Assembly (NCBI GenBank): GCA_964579265.1
Contig: CAZOFO010000002.1
Coordinates: 1-64,000, forward strand
DNA: 64,000 nt
Direction of reading: 5' to 3'
Source of the DNA: Candidatus Micrarchaeota archaeon
GTDB taxonomy: Archaea > B1Sed10-29
Under the pieces are notes generated by a model, which ran no database searches, was not told where the DNA came from, and saw only the letters and a program-made list of their open reading frames with translations. Made by a program: the position numbers and the translations under genes. Position 1 is the first letter of the stretch. Each line of letters begins with the position of its first letter. Shown in pieces: positions 58,847-64,000 of this stretch.

Positions 58847-59182
58847 TCATATGAGTTTGTTTTCTCTATATTTTCTGAAGTATTTCTTCCCGTTTTCTTT
58901 TATATCTTTTAAGGCGTATCTGTATTGCTTTTTCCTCTCTCTAACTTGGTTCTCAAGATCTACATTCTCTTTTTGTTTTTTATAATATTTATGGACGTGG
59001 AATATGTCGTGTTCGGTATCGTACTTTATTATCTCGTGATATTCGTCTCTTTTTGGGTTTACTGCGGACTCTACTACCACAAAATGTCCTGGTCCGTGGT
59101 TCCACCTGGCTCTTTGGTATACTTTTATCAGCCATCCGTCGATTTCCCATAGTGTATAGGTGAACTCTATCTCTCTGGCCAT
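58847..59182 (-). CDS. Putative toxin (TumE/DUF6516-like)
   Basis: IIKYDTEH..HVH motif; upstream of an HTH partner. Confidence 0.6.
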   Translation of the reverse strand: MAREIEFTYTLWEIDGWLIKVYQRARWNHGPGHFVVVESAVNPKRDEYHEIIKYDTEHDIFHVHKYYKKQKENVDLENQVRERKKQYRYALKDIKENGKKYFRKYRENKLI

Positions 59183-59232
59183 CTATCTCTGTCCTTCTTT
59201 CATCTGCTTTAATTTTTTCCCTTTCACATTTA

Positions 59233-59264
59233 ATGTTAAACATGTATCGTATTAAGTTTAACAT
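59233..59264. promoter_or_regulatory. Perfect 9-bp inverted repeat ATGTTAAAC-N14-GTTTAACAT (operator)
   Basis: Directly downstream of a minus-strand TTTTATATA TATA box of the putative TA pair. Confidence 0.65.
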
Positions 59265-59449
59265 GATATATAAAACCTTTTTTTTCCAAAGGTTATTGGA
59301 GTTAGGTTTACCAGAGAATTTAGAAATTTCCCAACATGTGTCGGTTAATGAGAGTTAATATTCGTCTTTGACACTCAAAGTTTGCGCGCCAGCACAATGA
59401 TCCACTCGAACAAATATAATCCTCGAAACACCAAATCTAATTGATCAAA

Positions 59450-60289
59450 ATGACCTTCAAACTAGGTTTCCACGTAAGTATATCGGACGGATTACCAAAC
59501 GCGCTCGACGAGCAGAAGGATTTAGGAGGGAACTGTGGTCAGATATTCGTGAAGAGCCCGAGATCCTGGAAATTCGCTGATCTGGATGAACAAGAAGTAG
59601 AGAAATTCAAATTAAGATATAATAAGAGCGATCTAAAACCATTCATGGTTCACGGAACCTATCTAATCAACCTAGCCACGCCAAAAGATGATCTCTTCGA
59701 AAAATCGATAGATTGCTTGAGAGGAGAGATAGAGAGAAGCGATAAAATAGGTTTACCATACATCACTTTCCATCCTGGAGCTCACACCGGCTCGGGAGAA
59801 GAAAAGGGAATGCAAAGAATAATAGAAGGACTGAATAGACTTTCAGAAACTTTGGAAAAATCAGAAACCGAATTACTTCTAGAAAATACAGCTGGAAAAG
59901 GAACAACTCTAGGTTACTCCGTGGAACAACTTAAAAAAATGATAGAAGAACCTGATACAGATGCAGAAATTGGTGTTTGCCTGGACACAGCTCACGCATA
60001 CGGAGCAGGTTACGACCTAGCCACCGAAGAAGGAATAAAAGAGTTCCTCGATGAAGTGGACGACACTATTGGGAAAAAATCAATCAAAATGATCCATCTC
60101 AATGATTCAAAAGCCGAACTAGGATCTGAAAAAGACCAACACTACCATCTAACGGAAGGAGAATTTGGTAGAAAAGGAATAAAGAACTTTGTCAGCCACG
60201 AAGCATTCAGAGACATACCTATGATAAGGGAAACACATTACGAACCTGAAGACGTTGACCTAGTGAAGAAATTGAGAAAAGAAGGATAA
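59450..60289 (+). CDS. nfo: Endonuclease IV
   Basis: GFHVSI, HGTYLINLA, FHPG, LENTAG, CLDTAH, HLNDSK. Confidence 0.95.
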   Translation: MTFKLGFHVSISDGLPNALDEQKDLGGNCGQIFVKSPRSWKFADLDEQEVEKFKLRYNKSDLKPFMVHGTYLINLATPKDDLFEKSIDCLRGEIERSDKIGLPYITFHPGAHTGSGEEKGMQRIIEGLNRLSETLEKSETELLLENTAGKGTTLGYSVEQLKKMIEEPDTDAEIGVCLDTAHAYGAGYDLATEEGIKEFLDEVDDTIGKKSIKMIHLNDSKAELGSEKDQHYHLTEGEFGRKGIKNFVSHEAFRDIPMIRETHYEPEDVDLVKKLRKEG

Positions 60290-60291
60290 AA

Positions 60292-61080
60292 ATGAAGGCA
60301 ATAGTGGTTTCAGAGAAAGATAAAGCGGGAAAGAACATATATAAACACCTTCTAGATAAAGGATTCGGCTCCACTCAGGGCAAATGGCAGGGAAAAACAG
60401 TTCACAAGGAAGGAAAATGGCTTTTGGTACGCACTGAATCAAGAATAATCCACGCGGACGAAGTAGATAATCTCGATGCGGATGAAATAATCTTCGCTTC
60501 AAAACATTCTTCCGAGTCAGGCAAACCAACACTAACTACCCATGCCCCTGGTAACTTCGGACCAGCTGACTACGGAGGCGAACCAGGAAAACTATGCCAA
60601 GTTAATGCAAACAGAATGAACGAACTTCACTCTCATTTACTAGAACCTACTTTCGAGTATAACGTGTCTCTTGAAGTGACGCATCACGGTCCTCTCATCA
60701 GGCAACCTTGCTGTTTCATCGAACTAGGATCAATCGAAAAACACTGGGGAAATCAAGAAGCTGGAGAATACATAGCGGAAGCAGTAATCAAGACAATCAG
60801 AAAAAAAGAAAAAAATGAAAAATTGGAAACAGCTATAGGGATAGGCGGGAATCACTACGCTAGAAAATTCAATGAAATACAGAGAAGAGAAAACGAAGCG
60901 ATGGGTCACATAATACCAAGATACGCCCAGAAACATTTAGATAGAGACATGGTTCAGCAGATGATCAAGAAAACGCATCCAAAGCCAGATAAGATATATA
61001 TAGATAAAAAAGGAACTAAGAAACAATCAAAAGTTAGAGAAATGCTCGAAGAGTTTGATGAAGAAGTTATACCTCTATAA
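60292..61080 (+). CDS. dtdA: Archaeal D-aminoacyl-tRNA deacylase (DTD2)
   Basis: FASKHSS, LTTHAPGN, LEVTHHGP, FIELGS, GGNHYA. Confidence 0.93.
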   Translation: MKAIVVSEKDKAGKNIYKHLLDKGFGSTQGKWQGKTVHKEGKWLLVRTESRIIHADEVDNLDADEIIFASKHSSESGKPTLTTHAPGNFGPADYGGEPGKLCQVNANRMNELHSHLLEPTFEYNVSLEVTHHGPLIRQPCCFIELGSIEKHWGNQEAGEYIAEAVIKTIRKKEKNEKLETAIGIGGNHYARKFNEIQRRENEAMGHIIPRYAQKHLDRDMVQQMIKKTHPKPDKIYIDKKGTKKQSKVREMLEEFDEEVIPL

Positions 61081-61082
61081 TG

Positions 61083-62486
61083 TTATTCTAACTGCTTCTT
61101 TATTCTTTGATTACTTATCTCTATGAATTTTTCTGTATTCTCTTCAGGTATTGTGGCTCCTGCGGCTACGTCGTGTCCTCCACCTTCTCCTTTTGTTTCT
61201 TCTGCGGCTTTGTGGAATGCTTCTCCAAGGTTCAGTCCTTTTTCAACTAATTCTTTTGTTCCTCTTCCGCTTATCTTTACTTCATTTTCTTCTTTTTCGG
61301 CCATCCCTATTATTGGTTTGTCTCTCTTTACTTCGTCCGTTGAGTACAGCATTCCAAGGACTATACCTATTATTGATGGTTCTATGTTTCCTTTAGAGTC
61401 GAGCAGATAAGTTGTTTCTTTTTTCTCTATTCCTTTATCCTTGGCGTACTTTATCCCTTTGCTCAGTTTTCTTCTGTGTCTTCTGAGCATCTTGACTGCT
61501 TCGTCCATCGCTTCGTCTCTGTCACCCATGTTTATTTTTACTCCTAGTTCCGGTCTTTCGTGTCTTCCACAGGCATTGAGTATTGTGCTGTATTCCTTTC
61601 CGTCTTTCAATGGTGATTTCTTCGGCTCTTTCTTTAATTCGTATACTTCTCCTATCAGGTTCCTAAGCACTGTTTCGGGTACTCCGTTTCTCCTGCCGTA
61701 GACATGTAGTCCGGATATCAGTCTCTTTTTTTCCTCTAGATCTAATTCGCAGTAGTATCTGGATTTTCCTTCTCCATTTTTGAGATCTATATCTAGGTTT
61801 TTTAGGAATCTGACGCAGTTGTTTCTTTCTCCTGTCAGCCCGGGTAGATATGGGTAGGTTGAATAGGTTAGGAATGAAACTAGGTCCCGTGAATGTCTTC
61901 CGAATAAAGTTATGTCCATTCTTCTTTCTATCTCTTCTGCTTCTTCTCCTTCTTCCAGTATCTCTCTGTTTAATCCCACTAGTCTGTTTTCTTCATTACT
62001 ATACTGCATGTCTCCAAGTGCTCCGACTATTCCTACTTTTGATAGGTCCTTGTTTTTCTCATCTATTTCTCTGGCTACGGCGTAGCTTAACCCGGATGAA
62101 CTTATTTCGCTGGATCCGTCTACTCCTGAGAGATGCGGGTTCAGGTGTGGTTTTTCCGTTTCTCCTTCTATCTCGTGGTGGTCTATTATGCAGTACTCTC
62201 CGTTTGTTATCTCTTTTTTTAACATGTCGAGGTATCCTGATCCAAAGTCTATTAGTATGAATGGATTGGAGTTGTAGTGTTTCTTGAATTCTTTTAATTC
62301 TTCCTTTGAGAAATGCTGCAGAGTGTGGGCTTCGTATTCTTTACCCATTCTCTCCAGTGTTTTTCTTATTATTCCACCGGCTGATAAACCGTCTGCATCG
62401 TAGTCGTTAAGAACTATGAAGTTGTCTTTTTCTTCTATGAATTCTACTACTTCTTTTAATCCTTCTAGGTTTTCGAGTTTCTTCAT
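61083..62486 (-). CDS. RecJ-like DHH phosphoesterase (GAN-like)
   Basis: DADG, DFGSG, IDHH, NACGR, GGGHDVAAG. Confidence 0.9.
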   Translation of the reverse strand: MKKLENLEGLKEVVEFIEEKDNFIVLNDYDADGLSAGGIIRKTLERMGKEYEAHTLQHFSKEELKEFKKHYNSNPFILIDFGSGYLDMLKKEITNGEYCIIDHHEIEGETEKPHLNPHLSGVDGSSEISSSGLSYAVAREIDEKNKDLSKVGIVGALGDMQYSNEENRLVGLNREILEEGEEAEEIERRMDITLFGRHSRDLVSFLTYSTYPYLPGLTGERNNCVRFLKNLDIDLKNGEGKSRYYCELDLEEKKRLISGLHVYGRRNGVPETVLRNLIGEVYELKKEPKKSPLKDGKEYSTILNACGRHERPELGVKINMGDRDEAMDEAVKMLRRHRRKLSKGIKYAKDKGIEKKETTYLLDSKGNIEPSIIGIVLGMLYSTDEVKRDKPIIGMAEKEENEVKISGRGTKELVEKGLNLGEAFHKAAEETKGEGGGHDVAAGATIPEENTEKFIEISNQRIKKQLE

Positions 62487-62607
62487 CTTTATCTTTGTTT
62501 TTTCTTTTTTGAGTGTTTTGTTTGAAGGTGTTTGTTCTATTTAATTCCTTTTCTCTTTTCGCGCAAGTTTTATAAATGTCTTTTTCTTTCTATCTAATGG
62601 TGAGTAT

Positions 62608-62748
62608 ATGAAGTGCATTGAATGTGGAGAAAAGATGGATGTAATGCTCTTTGAGAGAAGAGAGGGTATTCACTATGGTGCTCATAGGTGCCCTGAATGC
62701 GATAGAAAAGAGATTGAAGGTGGAAAAATAGGTTTGAATCCTTTTTGA
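62608..62748 (+). CDS. 46-aa Cys4 zinc-finger microprotein (not in ORF track)
   Basis: GGTGA SD; MKCIECGEKM...HRCPECD. Confidence 0.7.
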   Translation: MKCIECGEKMDVMLFERREGIHYGAHRCPECDRKEIEGGKIGLNPF

Positions 62749-62757
62749 ACTCTTTCT

Positions 62758-64000
62758 CTATATTTCGTACTCGTAGTCTTGTTTTGGAACGTAGGATTCT
62801 ATGTTTCTTTTTTCCAGTTCTCTATTCAGGTTCTTTGCTTTATTTTCTTCTCCGTGTACTATGAATGCTTTTTCCGGTGTAGGTAGATTTGATACGTATT
62901 CCAGAATTTCTTTTTTATCACTGTGGGCGCTGAAGTGAACTGATTTTACTTTTGCGTTTATTTCTATCTCTATTTTTTCTTCTCCGTTTCTATTTGGTAG
63001 TTTGATCTTGTTTGCTCCTTCTTGCAGTGCTCTTCCTGGTGTTCCTTCTACTTGGTATCCTACTAGCATTATCTTGTTCTTTGGGTCGCTTCCAAGTTCT
63101 TTCAAGTACTTTATTACTGGTCCGCCTGTCAGCATTCCTGAGGTTGTCAGGATTATTGCTGGTTCTTCTTTATCGGTTACGTCTGATCTATCTTTTGTCC
63201 TTGGTGGTTCGAAGTGTTCCGGATCGAACGGGTTTTCCTGTGCCATAAGTATTCTCTTTGGTATTTCTTCCTTCATGTGAAGCACGTTCTGTCTATGGAT
63301 GGAGTTAGCTTTCTTTATCATCCCGTCTATGTATCCTCTTGTGTTTGGGAGAAATCCTGATTGCATGTAGTTGTCCAGAGTTATCATTAGTTCTTGTGCT
63401 CTTCCTACTCCGAAGCTAGGTATTATTACTTTTCCTCCTTTTTGAATCGTTTTCTTTGCTTCTCTTGCTAGTTTTTGAGATTTCTTTTTCAATCCTGGTA
63501 GGTTGTCCTTTTCCCCTGCATATGTTGATTCAGTTATAAATGCGTCAAAAGGCTCTATATCTGTATCTGCTTCTTCAAGTATGTTTGTTGGTCTGTATGA
63601 GAAATCTCCTGTGTATAGTATGGATTTTTCTTCTTTCTCATCTTCTAGTCTTACTGTGGCTGCTCCCAGTATGTGTCCTGCTTTGTGCATTGTCATCTTC
63701 GTGTTTTTGGATAATTTTATATCCTCATCGAATTCAGCTTGTTTCGTGTCTCTCATCAGGTTGTTAAGATCCTGCATTGTGAATTCTGCTCTGTCGTTTT
63801 CCTTTGCTATGTTGAGGTAGTCTGCGAGGAGCAATTGCATTAAATCCCGGGTTGGTTTGGTGGTGTATACGTCTCCTCTCCATCCTCGGGCGTATAAATG
63901 AGGTAAGTAACCGCTGTGGTCTAGATGAGCGTGACTTATTATCACTGCGTCTAGTTTCTCCATTATTTCGTCGGGTATGTAGGGATATCTTTCGGATCTT
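62758..64000 (-). CDS. beta-CASP metallo-beta-lactamase RNase (aCPSF-like), 5' end outside window
   Basis: SHAHLDHSG, AGHILG, YTGD, ESTY, VGRAQE, SGML.GG, FSAH, VHGE. Confidence 0.92.
   Translation of the reverse strand, partial: RSERYPYIPDEIMEKLDAVIISHAHLDHSGYLPHLYARGWRGDVYTTKPTRDLMQLLLADYLNIAKENDRAEFTMQDLNNLMRDTKQAEFDEDIKLSKNTKMTMHKAGHILGAATVRLEDEKEEKSILYTGDFSYRPTNILEEADTDIEPFDAFITESTYAGEKDNLPGLKKKSQKLAREAKKTIQKGGKVIIPSFGVGRAQELMITLDNYMQSGFLPNTRGYIDGMIKKANSIHRQNVLHMKEEIPKRILMAQENPFDPEHFEPPRTKDRSDVTDKEEPAIILTTSGMLTGGPVIKYLKELGSDPKNKIMLVGYQVEGTPGRALQEGANKIKLPNRNGEEKIEIEINAKVKSVHFSAHSDKKEILEYVSNLPTPEKAFIVHGEENKAKNLNRELEKRNIESYVPKQDYEYEI

Overview
AT-rich archaeal chromosomal window. Evidence for the domain: archaeal r-proteins, TFE, RadA, class I LysRS, ether-lipid genes egsA/GGGPS, BHB-intron tRNAs and GGTGA Shine-Dalgarno sites. 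The compact, E/K-rich proteome suggests a small-genome, possibly DPANN-type lineage, but I cannot confirm taxonomy. Most of the window is housekeeping: translation, tRNA processing (archease-rtcB, rtcA, pus10, trm56), the Rpp21-S19e-L39e-L31e-eIF6-pfdA-ftsY-srp54 operon, isoprenoid and lipid synthesis, thyX-glyA, and oxidative-stress genes. The main unexplained structure is 45.6-52.1 kb, beside the initiator tRNA. It holds most copies of a dispersed non-palindromic 12-mer, TGTAGTGCCTAA (11 exact copies plus 1 variant, all between 26.9 and 52.1 kb, four in one intergenic array). It also has four ORB-like AATACYGGAA..GGGG boxes around an AT-rich tract, helically phased GTCGNGAC repeats inside a wHTH gene, several wHTH proteins, a PRC-barrel gene, and an uncalled 56-aa putative DNA-binding protein whose promoter contains the 12-mer. 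No cdc6/orc1 or parA/parB is present. I infer a candidate origin/centromere-like (cell-cycle) locus. Other notable items: a diverged tRNA-Lys-like element in the lysS leader that caps a truncated Lrp HTH gene; a TrmB-flanked prenylation cluster with a 215-bp identical block between tandem prenyl synthases; a portable C2H2 finger on three unrelated proteins; a GNAT-PssA fusion; an A10 frameshift in glyA; a D-arm tRNA intron; and a non-canonical initiator tRNA. All calls are from motif recognition by eye; no database searches were run.
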